A program made the position numbers and the translations under genes. The notes beneath the pieces are model-generated. The model worked only from the letters and a program-made list of their open reading frames with translations. It was not told the DNA's origin and searched no databases. Source: Malacoraja senta (taxonomy: Eukaryota). From it: 64,000 bases of DNA. Location of the stretch: assembly GCA_038087875.1 (NCBI GenBank), contig CM075989.1, positions 23,376,001-23,440,000 on the forward strand, given 5' to 3'. Positions 51,501 to 64,000 of this stretch are shown piece by piece. Within the stretch, counting starts at the first letter, position 1. The number at the start of each line of letters is the position of its first letter.

Positions 51501-54500
51501 TCTCTCCGTCCCTCCCCCTACCCTAGGTCTCCAACTAGAATCACTGTCCCCGTGATTAAATATTACTGCGGCATTGTCACCTACCCTTCATCTAACTTCA
51601 TTCTACATTTCTTTATCATCGTCTGCCGTGATCTGTCCCTTCAATATCATCTTACCCTTCAATATCTCTAGACTCCCACTCCCGACTCTCAGTCGGAAGA
51701 AGGGTCTCGACCTGAAACCTGACCCATTCCTTCTCTCCTGAAAAGCTGCCTGAACCGCTGAGTTACTCCAGCTTTTCTAATCTATCTTCAGTATTTTTTA
51801 ATGTTCTTGGCTCTAATGTTAAAGTATTGTTCTTGTTACTTGGTTTTGTTAAATTGTCAACTGTCATCATAATATTTAAAGTGCTTAATAATCCCAGTGT
51901 CTTCAAGGTATATCTGAAATATGAGACTTATTTGGAAATTCAATATGAACAGCATGAGATTCAGACCCATTTTTTTCTTTCTTATGATAAACACTCTGCC
52001 TGTTGTAAGGACCAGGCTGCAACTGAGCAGAGACAGCAAGGGCAAGATAGAAGAGATACAGATTGTGAAGAAGCAGAGACATTTATATACGCAAGACGAT
52101 ACATAGGAATTCACAGACACAGGGATAGAGACAGACTAAATGTGATTTTCCTCCGTTGATTGTTGTTGTACTAGTGGACGAGTATGAATGGACAGAAAAA
52201 AATCTGATATTTCCTTTGCCATCTGAAAAGGGTTATCATTGTAAAGTATAATTCATTATATTATTTTGCACCATGAAATCACACCTGGGAATTTTTGTAT
52301 TCCGTAATCAGAACTAGCCTCGGTCTAATCATTTAAAAAAAAAATGGTTTCTGAATATAAATAGGCAATTGGCTTTACACAAGATAACAATAAATTGCAA
52401 GCAGAGATTTCAAAGGGATAGGAAGGGTCAGAGGGGGACTCTGACTATAAAGCAGTATTGTTGGTGATAGAAATTTCTGTTAATTGTTAATTCAGAATCA
52501 AAAGACTACAAATAGGTATGTCATATTGTGTATGGGGGGGGGGGGGGGGGGATGAGCTTCCCAATGTGAAACGAGTCTGGAATAATATGAGAGTAATAAT
52601 GTTACCACCAAGCCTGGATTAATAAAAAATTGTTGATTATGAACTACGTGCCAAGGAAGGTTAAACGCCCAGAAATTTTTAACAGAGATTCAAGACAAAG
52701 CCTTTGGCTTTACACCCAGAACTGCTTCAGCTGATGCAAACGCAAAAAGCTGCACAAAAAATGGCTAAAAATAATTCACCAATAATATTGACATCTATAC
52801 TAGCATTCCTGTTTCAGGTAAGCTTTGTCATCAGGCAGGAACATTTATGGCATGTAGTGGTCTAGAAATTCAGTACAGTGCCAGAAATATAAAACAAAAC
52901 ACATGAAGCAATTTTTGGGAGAGTTATCATCACCTAAACATCAAAGATAGTGTCAGGAGTAGGCCATTCAAGCCAGATCATCCCATAGGATCCTTTATCT
53001 AAATATCTCGAGGGAATGGTATTGTGTGGTACGGGTGTCAAAAGTTATGGGGAGAAGGCAGGAGAATGGGTTTGGGAGGTAAAGATAGATCCGCCATGAT
53101 TGAATGGTGGAGTAGACTCGATGGGCTGAATGGCCTAATTCTGCTCTTAGAACATAGGAAGATGAGGAGGAATTTCTTCAGTCAGACGGTGATGAATCTG
53201 TGGAATTCAATGCCACAGATGGTGGTGGGGGCCAAGCCATTGAATATTTTTAAGGCAGAGATAGATAGATTCTTGATTAGTATGGGCGACAGGGGTTATG
53301 GGGAGAAGGCAGGAGAATGGCGTTGAGAGGGAAAGATAGATCCGCCATGGCCGAATGGCTTAATTCTGCTCCTAGAACTGAACATGTACTTCCTGCTATC
53401 TCCACTCATCCCTTGATTCCCGTTGAGTCCAGAAATGTTTGTTGATGCAGCGGAGAAGGGTTGGAGGGAAAAGGGCGACACAGTGGCACAGCGGTAGAGT
53501 TACTGCCTGACAGTACCAGAGACCTGGGTGCGATCGCCTCTGTAAAGTTGCAGTGAGGCATCCTTGTTTGTGGATACAAACCTATTGCAATTAAAGTCAA
53601 CGCACCAGGTCCTTGCCTCACCTGCAGGTTTACTTCCAATGGCCAGTCGTGTCCATTTTAGGATCTTTCGTTGCAAGATTTACATTACCTCGCATTGTTT
53701 CCTCATCAAAACCGCAAAGTGCTGGAGGAACTCAGCGGGTCTAGCAGGATCTAGGGAGGGAATAGACAGGCTACATTTTGGCTTGGGAACCTTCTGCAGA
53801 CTCAAAGACAGTTTCTCCAGCAACCAGTGGGGCCAGGTTATACCAACAGCATTGCAACACCCAGAATTTGTCTCTTTTAAGCTTTTAAAACAAGACTTAA
53901 TGCACTTAGTAGAGAACCCGGCAAGCTTTTCCTACAGTTGTATGCAAGGTATGCACAACTCTTTGCAAATAAAACCTCAAGTAAACTGACCCACACTGGG
54001 CACCCAGTCACCACATTGCCAGATAGGTTCAGTTTAGTTGTTGCTTAGTTTAGAAATACAACAGGCCCTTCGGCCCACCGAGTCCATGCTGATCAGCCAT
54101 CACCCGTACACTAGTTCTATCCTACACACTAATGAAAATTTATAGAAGCCAATTAACCTACAAACCTACACGTCTTTGGAGTGTGGGAGGAAACCGGAGC
54201 ACCCGGAGAAAACCCACCTGGTCACAGAGAAAACGTACAAACTCCGTACAGACAGCACCCCAGGTCAGGATCGAACCCGGGTCTCTAGCGCTGTTGGGCA
54301 GCAGCTCTACCTGCTGCGCCACTGTTGCCTCTCCTTCAACATTGAACAGCCAGCAAGGTTAGGTTCATATCATATCGGCATCATAATCATCTGATGAGAA
54401 ATGAATAGTAGTAGGAGAGAGACATCTGACTAATGGCACGTAACATTTTCTCTGACCTGATTTCACAGGAAACCACCCGCTTATCAACACTTCCTTGCAT

Positions 54501-54923
54501 AAGACGTACGTTCACAGATTACCTTTCATAAGGCCGTTGTTATTCATGTGCAGCCTCAGTAAATTCAAGATAAATTTCACACAGGTTCCTGCACAGGTCG
54601 GCCTCACTCGGAAACCTTGTCTCAGACTATCTCATCTGATAACATGCTCATTGCTGTTCTATTGACGTCAACGGTCTCGGCAGAGATTGGCTTGATATTT
54701 GGTTAATATGACAGGGGAATTCAATGCTGGCGGGGCATTTGGCAGTGCTTTAAGGCAGGTTTAAGGGGGAGGAAGATTTAATATGAACCTGAAGGGTACC
54801 CTTTTCGCACAAAGGGTGGAGGATGTATGGAATGAGCTGCCGTAGGAGGTAGTTGAGGCAGGGAATATCGCAACGTTTAAGAAATATTTGGACAGGTACA
54901 TGAATAGGATAGGTTTAGAGGGA

Positions 54924-55147
54924 ATGTTTAAGAAGGAACTGCTGATGTTGGAAAATCGAAGGTAGACAAAAATGCTGGAGAAACTCAGCGGGTGAGGCAG
55001 CATCTATGGAGAGAAGGAAATAGGCAACGTTCGGGTCGAAACCCTTCTTCAGACTTCAGAAGGGTTTCGACCCAAAACGTTACCTATTTCCTTTGCTCCA
55101 TAGATGCTGCCTCACCCGCTGAGTTTCTCCAGCATTTTTGTCTACCT
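54924..55147. mobile_element. PLE fold-back element with 14-bp TSD inside a CR1 3'UTR
   Basis: taggtttagaggga at 54910-54923 and 55148-55161. Confidence 0.85.
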
Positions 55148-55473
55148 TAGGTTTAGAGGGATATGGGCCAAACGTGGGCAGGTGGGACTAGTGTAGATGG
55201 GGCATGTTGGTCAGTGTGGGAAAGTTGGGCCAAAGGGCCTGTTTCCGTTCTCTATGACTATTGCACTGTTCCCCAAGGTGCAGGCATTCAGAGAGAGCAC
55301 TGTGACGTCATATCCTTCCACAGGGCCACTCCGATCCCCTTCCTCGGTGGACAGGCCAGAGGCAGCCTCCGATCAGCACCACATACTAAGTCTGGCCGCT
55401 GGAAAACATCGGCACTCTGGCATCAACCAAGGCCATGGGCAAATGAGCCACAGCCAGATCCAATTAATGGTTA

Positions 55474-55658
55474 GGAAGGAACTGCAGATGCTGGTTTAAA
55501 CTGAAGATAGACACAAAAAGCTGGAGTAATTCAGCGGGTTGGGTGAGAACCCCTTCTTCAGCCTGAAGGGTCTCGACCCGAAACATCACCCATTCCTTCT
55601 CTCCAGAGATGCTGCCTGTCCCGCTGAGTTACTCCAGCTTTTTGTGTCTATCTTCTTT
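55474..55658. mobile_element. PLE fold-back element with 15-bp TSD
   Basis: tccaattaatggtta at 55459-55473 and 55659-55673. Confidence 0.83.
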
Positions 55659-57451
55659 TCCAATTAATGGTTATTGGACCAATTCACCTGCATCTCATCA
55701 GCCCCACTCCTTATAAACACAGGAGCCTTGGAGACGTGCATATTGTAGATCAATTCTGATATGTTTTTAAAAAAAAATTAAATCCAGCTGCAGTTCTTAA
55801 AATTTGCTTTAAGTCCAGGGTTGTGATATAATATGAGTCAATGAAGGAAACCAAAGACTCAAAGGTGGAGAGAACACTGCTGCTTGGTTCCTTGCTGTGT
55901 ATGTTTGGGGTAGTTTACATGTTCACACTTACCAATGAGTTCCACTTATAGTCCACAACTGTGTTTTTCTGGTGGTCACATAGTTGGCAGGTACAGTTGA
56001 AAGGAACATAGAACAGGACAGCACAGCAACAACGGGCCCTTCAGTCCACAATGTTTGTGTTGGACATGATGCCAAGTTAAACTGGTCTCATCTGCCTGCA
56101 CCTGATCCATATCGCGCTAATCCTTGCACTTCCATGTGCCTGGGTCTTCCCAATCTTCTGGAAACGATTGGGAAAACCTAAATAAAAATCCCAAATCAGT
56201 ATCAGGACTGGGACAAGGGAAGGACCATCCGAGATGCTTGTTTGAAGAATGGCTCCAACCCAAAACATCACCTGTTCACTCCCTCCACAGATGCCCGGCC
56301 TGCTGGTGCCTGGCCTGCTGAGTTCCTCCAACACTTAGTGTTTTGTTCACAATTTCTGTCCTATTTTGTTGTAGATTAGACCATGACTCGTCATCAATTT
56401 ACCAGATGTATAGCAGAGATTTATGGATCTGGAGATTTATAATCTGGAAGATGATGGCTCTTAATGAAAGCTTCACATATTCTCAATGGGTGAGGTTCAC
56501 ACAATGAGTCTCAGTTCTATGGAATGACCTTCTACTGATCTATTTGCAGCCAGAACCACATCAGTACTGCTGAACAAAATGAAAGAGCTCTTCAAATGAA
56601 TAGTTTTGGTTTCCCTTTCCTGGAATTCCATTGGGGTGCTCCCTTTAATTTAGCATCTTGATTAGTGTGTATCTGTGCTTTAGTTAGGCGTAAATTAAGC
56701 CTGTACATTAAGCCAGCTGCTGGTTTCACTGTCCCCTTGATTAATTTTACTGTTTGAATGCCCTTGTTGTCACCTTCTCCTCAGCCAACAATGAACCATT
56801 CCACATTTCCTTGATCAATGTCTGCTTTGATCTGTCGTTTTCACACCTTATCCTTCCATATCTCAAGTCTCCCTCTCCCCTGACTCTCGGTATGAAGAAG
56901 GGTCTCGACCAGAAACATCACCCATTCCTTTTCTCCAGAGATGCTGCCTGACCCGCTGAGTTACTCCAGCATTTTGTGACATGGGTGTCAGGGGTTATGG
57001 GGAGATGGCAGGAGAATGGGGTTAGGAGAGATTGATAGATCAGCCACGATTAAATGGCGGAGTAGTGTGTATTTGGAACTTGCTGCCAGAGGAAGCGGTA
57101 GCGGTAGGTAGGCAAGAATAGCTATGAAATTTAAATGACACTTGGACAAGAACATTGATAGGAATAATTTACAGGGATACTAGACTAAGTGGGACCCGTT
57201 GGGTCCCATGTTCACACGGGAGGGCTGGTCTCTCAATATTGGTGGCCAGTGGGGGGGGGGGGGGCTTTCTGGAGCGCTGGTATGGGTGTTTTTGGCTGCA
57301 GGGACTACTGGTCTCCAGAGGGCTAGTATGGACATTGTGGGCCAAATGGATTTTTGGGGCGGCAGCTCAGTCCCTCAAGCCTGATGTGCTGGCAGCTCAC
57401 TCACAGCTGGTGGGCTGGCAGTTGACTCATGGCTGTTCCTTGAAATTCCAT

Positions 57452-57895
57452 TTCAAGCAGAGTGCAAGGCACCAAATTCAAATCCATTTTCCTACCATTT
57501 CAAGCAGGGTGCAAGGCCACCAAATTCAAGTGCAGTTTCTTACCTCTTCGAGCAGGGTGCAAGTCCACCAAATTCAAGTGCAGTTTCTTACCTCTTCGAG
57601 CAGGGTGCAAGGCCACAAAATTCAAGTGCAGTTTCATACCACTTCAAGCAGGGTGCAAGGCCACCAAATTCAGGTTCAGTTTCCTACCACTCCAAGCAGG
57701 GTGCAAGGCCACCGAATTCAAGTGCAGTTTCCAACCACTTTAAGCAGGGTGCAAGGCCACAAAATTCAAATGCTGTTTCATACCATTTCATGCAGGGTGC
57801 AAGGACACCACATTCAAATGCAGTTTCATACCATTTCATGCAGGGTGCAAGGCCACCACATTCAAATGCAGTTTCATACTATTTCAAGCAGGGTG
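57452..57895. repeat. 48-bp minisatellite (~9 copies) within the Helitron
   Basis: ttcaagcagggtgcaaggccaccaaattcaagtgcagtttcataccac; explains the 16-aa periodic ORF 57155-57907. Confidence 0.95.
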
Positions 57896-58292
57896 AAACC
57901 ACCATAAAAACCACCATAAAACCACATAAAACACCACACTCACAGTTCAGTAGACATTCAGTGTGTTCAGTTGATTCACAGCTCAGACAGAGTCGTGACC
58001 TCTCCCTCCCCATCATGCAGAGACTGAGTCACACCCACACTTCCGGGTTTTATAATCCCTCTCCCTCCCACCCCCACCAGAAAAGGTGTGGCCTTCATGG
58101 CGTGATTGACAAGAGAGAGATTCTCAACATTTTTTAAACACTAATAACACTTTTGTTTTTCATTGATGGGAAGAATCCTCTGCACATGATGAGCGGAGGG
58201 GGACTGAGTAAGATGGCCAAAAATCACAGCTGTAAGTGGTAGCATTTTATCTAAAATCAATATAGTGCAAACAGGAAGTTGTCAAGTTTAGA

Positions 58293-58580
58293 CAAACAAC
58301 CATTTGCAGGCAGTGCCTTTTCACTTCAACCCAAACCCCCCAGACAACCATTTGCAGGCAGTGCCTTTTCACTTCAACCCCAAACCCCCCAAACAACCAT
58401 TTGCAGGCAGTGCCTTTTCACTTCAACCCCAAACCCCCCAAACAACCATTTGCAGGCAGTGCCTTTTCACTTCAACCCAAACCCCCCAAACAACCATTTG
58501 CAGGCAGTGCCTTTTCACTTCAACCCAAACCCCCAAACAACCATTTGCAGGCTGTGCCTTTTTACTTCAAACCAACCATA
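58293..58580. repeat. 47-49-bp minisatellite (6 copies) within the Helitron
   Basis: aaacaaccatttgcaggcagtgccttttcacttcaacccaaacccccc. Confidence 0.95.
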
Positions 58581-60086
58581 TTTTCATTTTCAAACCACAT
58601 TAATGGCACTCAGTTGAGTAGACATGTGTTCGGTGTTATTCAGAGCTCAGAGAGACGTGACCCTCTGGCTTTCTCCATCTTGCAGAGACTGAGTGAGGCA
58701 CACCACTTCCTGGTTTTATAGTCCTTCCCCCTCCCTCCAGCAGGGGCAGCAGAGAGAATGGTGAATTTTTAAAAAACATTAATATCTCTCTGATATTTCA
58801 TCGATGGGAAAAATTCTTTGGTCCAGGAAGGCGGAGGGGGGCTCTGAGCGAGGTGGCCAATAATGACGGCCGTAGGTGGCAGCGTTCTCTTGGAAATCAC
58901 AGCACAGTGAGCCAAAAGCAGTCAAGATCAGACTTTTAGTAATATAGATGGGCCTAACACAACAAATGGGATTCACTCAGTTAGGCAATTTGATCGGTTG
59001 GGCCGAAGGAACTGCTTCTGTGCTGTATAACTCCATAACTTCAGGGGTATCAGGGGTTATGGGGAGAAGGCAGGAGAATGGGGTTAGGAGGGAAAGACGG
59101 ATCAGCCATGGAGGAGTAGATTTGATGGGCCGAATGACCTAAATCTGCTCTTATCACTTATGAACTAAACCAGTGAATTGTTCCGAGAAGATGGCAAGAG
59201 CCTTCAGTGAGTAAACACTTCACTAGTGTGGTTAACAGATATGAATTAGATGGCCAACATTGCCTTTAACGTAACTAGATCACCTCTCATTCACTGAGTC
59301 CACTGAGAGGGGAAGGCATTGAATGTGTACCTGAAACTTTCCACAAAATAAGTGTTTTACTGTTGCAATGATTTAGCTCCCATGACAAAAAATTTGAGAT
59401 AGGCCAAAGTGGATTTCCTGGACAGAAATGCATTTCTAAAATCAGAGTTCACTTCACTGCTTCAAAGCTCCCCTTTTGAAGATTTTCTGTTCAAATTTCA
59501 AGCTTGGTTAATCACATGGACCTGCAAATTCTTCTGCACCTGCAAGCTGCACAAAACAGTCGGTGCTCCAAGCACTAAAGACAACATTCTCATGGGCCCG
59601 CTGGTGTAAAATCCTATTAGGCTCGTTCCAAAATCATTAGTACCATAGTATCCATCTCAGACATTAGATGTGGTTACAGTTGAATCAGAAAGCTGAAGAA
59701 GGGTCTTGACCTGAAACGTCACCTATTCCTTTTCTCCAGATTCTACCTGACCCGCTGAGTTACTCCAGCACTTTGTGTCTGTTTTCAGAAAGCTGGGTCT
59801 GGGTTTCAAGTGGGTGTGAAGTCATGGGAGATAGACTCCAAAGGGAATCAGTCAACATTGGAAAAGTTCAGGAAGGGAAATTGGATCTAATAATCTGGGC
59901 AGCACGGTGGTGCAGTGGCTGAGTTGCTGCCTTACAGCGCCAGAGACACGGGTCCTGCCATGGGTGCTGAATGTACGGAGTTTGTACGTTCTCCATGTGA
60001 CCACGTGGGTTTTCTCCGGGTGCTCCAGTTTCCTCCCACACTACAAAGACGTGAGGGTTTGTAAGTTAATTGGCTTCTGTAAATTA

Positions 60087-61264
60087 CATCCTAGAACGTA
60101 TGAACTTATGACTAATACCAGGGAATGTAGCATATGCAAAACAATACACCCATTGCAAAATCTACAAAAGCAAAGGTCTGTAAATGCTGAATGTCCATAA
60201 TAAATGCAAAAATGGTGGAAATACTCAGCAGGTCAGGCAGAATCTGTGGAGAGAGAGAATTAATATTGCAGAAATAGAATAATCAAAAGATTAAAGTAGG
60301 GTGTCTTACATTCCAATTAAACTGTAGGTGTGTTGGATGTCAAAGCTTTGAACTAGTGTCCAGTGTGGGCCAAAGGACCTGTTTCCATGCTGTATCACTC
60401 TAAACATGAGCGAGTACCGAGGTGCAGTGAAAACCTTTTTTGTAGTGTTCTATCCACTCAGTGGAAAGACTATGCATGATTCCAATCAAGCCATCCACAG
60501 TGTAGAGATACAGGATAAAGAGAATAACGTTTAGTGCAATATAAAGACCAGTAAAGTCCGATTAAAGCTAGTCCGAGGATCTCCACCAAGGTAGATGGTA
60601 GCTGTCTACTTTTGGTCTCCTTTATGCTGTTTAGCAGCCATAGTATTGGTAGCGAGGGATAAGTTGGTCATGAAGTTACAAGTAGTGCTGGTACATAGTC
60701 GTCATTTTAAACAGAGTCCCAGCAGTACAACCACTTATTCCTTTATTCCTTGGGTACCTAGCTAGTTTCTCCTGAAAGCATCCTTGTTATTCTCTTCAAT
60801 TATACCCAAGAGGACTCGAACCAGTCTCTTGGTTAAACACATTCTGTTTAAAGCCTCCTAAATGTTTCATTTCTGTCAAACCTGCTTTCTTCTCAATGAC
60901 ATTTTCTGCAAATTACCTTGTTTTTAAAATCAAACACAAGTAATTTAAGATGTTCTGGCACAGTTATTAAAGTTCTTTGCTTCTCTATCTCTGACACCTC
61001 GATCTACTGATGAGGAACTCTTCTAAAGTGTAGTTTAACTGGAATGTAAGACACCTACTTTATTTTTTGATTTTTCTATTTCTGCAATATTAATTCTGCT
61101 TCTCTCTCCGCAGATTCTGCCTGACCTGAATATTTCCACCATTTTTGTATTTATTATGGACTTTCAGCATTTACAGACCTTTGCTTTTGTAGATTTTGCA
61201 ATGTGTGTTGTTTTGCATGTGCAACATTTCCTGGTATTAGTCATAAATGTATACGTTCTAGATG
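60087..61264. repeat. Inverted duplication, ~235-bp arms (60087-60325 and 61030-61264)
   Basis: ctagaacgta..cattgcaaaatctacaaaagcaaaggtctgtaaatgctga.. matches the reverse complement at 61030-61264. Confidence 0.9.
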
Positions 61265-61929
61265 CAGAATTAGGGTATTCAGTCCAAGTCTACTAGGCTA
61301 TTCAATCATGGCAGATCTATTACCTCTCAACCCTATTCTCCTGCCTTCACCCCATAACCCATGACACCCTTATTTTCATTGGCTACAAGTGGTTCCCATT
61401 CTTTCCTTGCCATTTGCTGTCCAAAATCAATGTTATCATGTATGCCGTTTATTGTCTTTTCCATGTCCACATTGTTTTGCCCTTTCTCATTTGTCTCAAA
61501 TGGGCACGAGGTGTTCTGAAGGAAAAGAGAATTTAAAGAGTTCACAATCAACAGAACTATTGTGTATTTAGAATTCCGGCATCATTCCTGAAAGGAGCAA
61601 CGTTTGCAGTTTTCAAACCTGCTTTTCCATTTGCTGTGAAATTTCTGTAGGGCTGTCATCCTTCATCACAACATTTCAGAGAAGACACAACGTGATTCCC
61701 ATTGGGAATTTCTTGTTATTATTGCTTTCGAAGAGGAGCAATTGATGGATGGTTGTTGAAGAGGTCCCAAAGGGAGAGGACACGGCAGGAACTGTTTCAA
61801 CAAGGGGAACAGCAACAGCCTGGAGTGAATGCTGAGGAAAAACCACATCCAGCTCAAGGAGCGATCTTGCTTCTCTCAGACAGGCCATCTTCTCATGCCC
61901 TCCAAATCTTCATTACTATTCAAAAGGCC

Positions 61930-62260
61930 ATAAGTGATAGGAGCAGAGTTAGGCCATTCGGCTCATCGTCTACTCCGCCATTCAATCATGGCTGATCTAT
62001 CTCTCCCTCCTAACCCCATTCTCCTGCCTTCTCCCCATAACCCTTGACACCCGTACAAATCAAGAATCTATCTAACTCTGCCTTAAAAATATCCATTGAC
62101 TTGACCTCCATAGCCTTCTGTGGCAATGAATTCCACAGATTCACTACCCTCTGAATAAAGAAATTCCTCATCTCCTCCCTAAAGGAACGTCCTTTTATTC
62201 TGAGGCTATGACCTCCAGTCCACTAGTGGAAACATCCTCTCCACGTCCACTCTATCCTGG
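61930..62260 (-). mobile_element. CR1 3' end
   Basis: Reverse complement of the CR1 ORF2 end and 3'UTR. Confidence 0.85.
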
Positions 62261-62829
62261 CTTATTATGTCAAAAGAGATTGGAGTTTTTGGGAAGGATT
62301 GAACCCGGGTCATTTGCGCTGTAAGGCAGCAACCCTACCAAAGTAACTAAACTAAACTAAACTTGGAGCTTTCCAGAGTTTAGGTGCAGCCTGTGGAATG
62401 TGTGGGATAATGATAGTGTACGGATGATCGTTGGTCGGCATGCCTCTGTGGGCCGAAGGGCCTGTTTGGGTGCTGTATCATCAAAGTGTAAAGTCTAACG
62501 GTGCACTGGAAGGAGTAGTGGAATGCATATGTCAGTAGCATAAACCATATTCTAAGTATTCATAAACCATAACTAGGTATTCCTTAAACATATTACACTA
62601 GTACAATTACTGTACATAATTGTATCTTCATGGTACAAAAATGTCTGGGAACAAAAATGTTAGTTTCTGTATAATTTTCCAAGCATGGAAACAAATGATG
62701 CATAAAAAGTTGTTTCAAATCTATTTGTCTAATTCGCAAGTAGACATGGCTCCATAGTTAATGAGGCATCATTAGTATTTTAAATCATTCTTAAACTTAA
62801 GCAGCATTCAAATGTACAAAAGGATACCA

Positions 62830-63043
62830 AGTGCTGGAGTAACTCAGCGGGTCAGGCAGCATCTGTGGAGAACATGGATAGGTGACGTTTCACAGAGTGC
62901 TGGAGTAACTCAGCGTGTCAGGCAGCATCTGTGGAGAACATGGATAGGTGACGTTTCACAGAGTGCTGGAGTAACTCAGCGGGTCAGGCAGCATCTCTGG
63001 AGAACATGGATAGGTGACGTTTCAGGTCAGGACCCTTCTTCGA
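62830..63043 (-). repeat. Three tandem 66-bp PLE terminal-repeat units
   Basis: gtgctggagtaactcagcg.. starts at 62831, 62897 and 62963. Confidence 0.93.
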
Positions 63044-64000
63044 ATGTACAATATAATGTATCAAAATCTATCCTGCACTATTTTGCCAGAAACATTAACC
63101 AGCATATTTTAAACATATCTTGAAGGAACTATATGCAAGGTCATTGAAAGTGCCTCTTATAGTATCACACATAATTTCAGGGCAACTATATGTACCTACA
63201 ACAACAGATTAGTTAAAGCTAGCAAAGTAGAAAATATAAAGCTATAATTTGTCACACAGCTCTTGTTTGCTCAGAGGACCAATAGTACAGAGTGAATTGC
63301 AGATCTTTAATTTTTTTTTTGATTGGAAAGGGGTTTGTACTATAGATATTAACTAGGAGTTATAACGACAGAATGTAAGATAAGCACTGTCGCCAGTGTT
63401 ATGGGGGCTGTCATTTTTTACTCTGACCATGCATTTTAGAAACATAGATAATAGGTGCAGGAGTAGGCCATTCGACCCTTCGAGCCAGCACAGCTATTCA
63501 ATATGATCATGGCTAATCATCCAAAATCAGTACCCTGTTCCTGCTTTCTCCCCATATCGCTTGATTCCATTAGCTCTAAGAGCTAAATCTAACTCTCTCT
63601 TGAAAACATCCTGTCCAATTCCTTAAGAATGGTTTATTTTTATAAAATTATATATTTTTGTAATGGAATCTGCTATTGTTGACAATTGTTAGATTTCCCT
63701 CACCCACATTAATGGAAGTACCAAGGGACAACATAAATACAAGTTTCACATAGGCTGCTTTTAGCAGTAATTTATAAGTGAAATAGAAAAATGAGGTTAG
63801 AATTAGGAGATGAAAATAAAATAAGAATTGAATTATATCTGCACCCATTGGCCCAAATAACCCTTGAACTTTAACCTCATTCCACTTAAAAACTATAATT
63901 GGCTCCAAGATTCTGTGCACAATACCAGATGGGACTGATTAGCATTTTCCATAAATATTGTTTCTGGAAAGACAGGAAAAACAATTATTGGTCACCATGA

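Larger units (their letters stand above)
57180..58948 (-). mobile_element. Complete non-autonomous Helitron (1769 bp)
   Basis: On minus: 5' TCTATATTACTAAAAG, 3' hairpin tgggaccc-aac-gggtccca, then CTAG; inserted between A and T of ggata|tgggcc with no TSD. Confidence 0.9.

Noticed and set aside
51827..52159. Purine-rich ORFs after a possible acceptor
   Set aside because: No recognisable homology; the composition explains the lack of stops
57155..57907. 250-aa ORF with 16-aa repeats
   Set aside because: Read-through of a stop-free 48-bp minisatellite inside a Helitron; several frames are open
61666..61995. Short ORFs on both strands
   Set aside because: No domain or splice support

Overview
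Repeat-dense non-coding vertebrate DNA. The tRNA-headed SINE/CR1 pair with shared 3' tails resembles HE1/HER1, which points to a cartilaginous fish such as a skate, ray or shark. I can support no host protein-coding exon; the informative ORFs are transposon remnants or minisatellite read-through. The window is a nested mosaic of CR1, Rex1/Babar, L2 and Tx1-like LINE fragments, about 20 SINE copies, dozens of Penelope-like (PLE) terminal repeats carrying minimal hammerhead ribozyme cores, three hAT elements, three PIF/Harbinger-type MITEs, three non-autonomous Helitrons and several minisatellites. The standout is a ~140-bp TSD-flanked retroposed element at 2311-2449. Its first 54 nt fold into a minimal HDV/CPEB3-like ribozyme, and the element starts exactly at the predicted cleavage site. 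A repeat-free CpG-rich block near 32.4-33.3 kb, with two minus-strand splice donors, may be a promoter or first exon. All structures and family assignments were made by eye and need computational confirmation.
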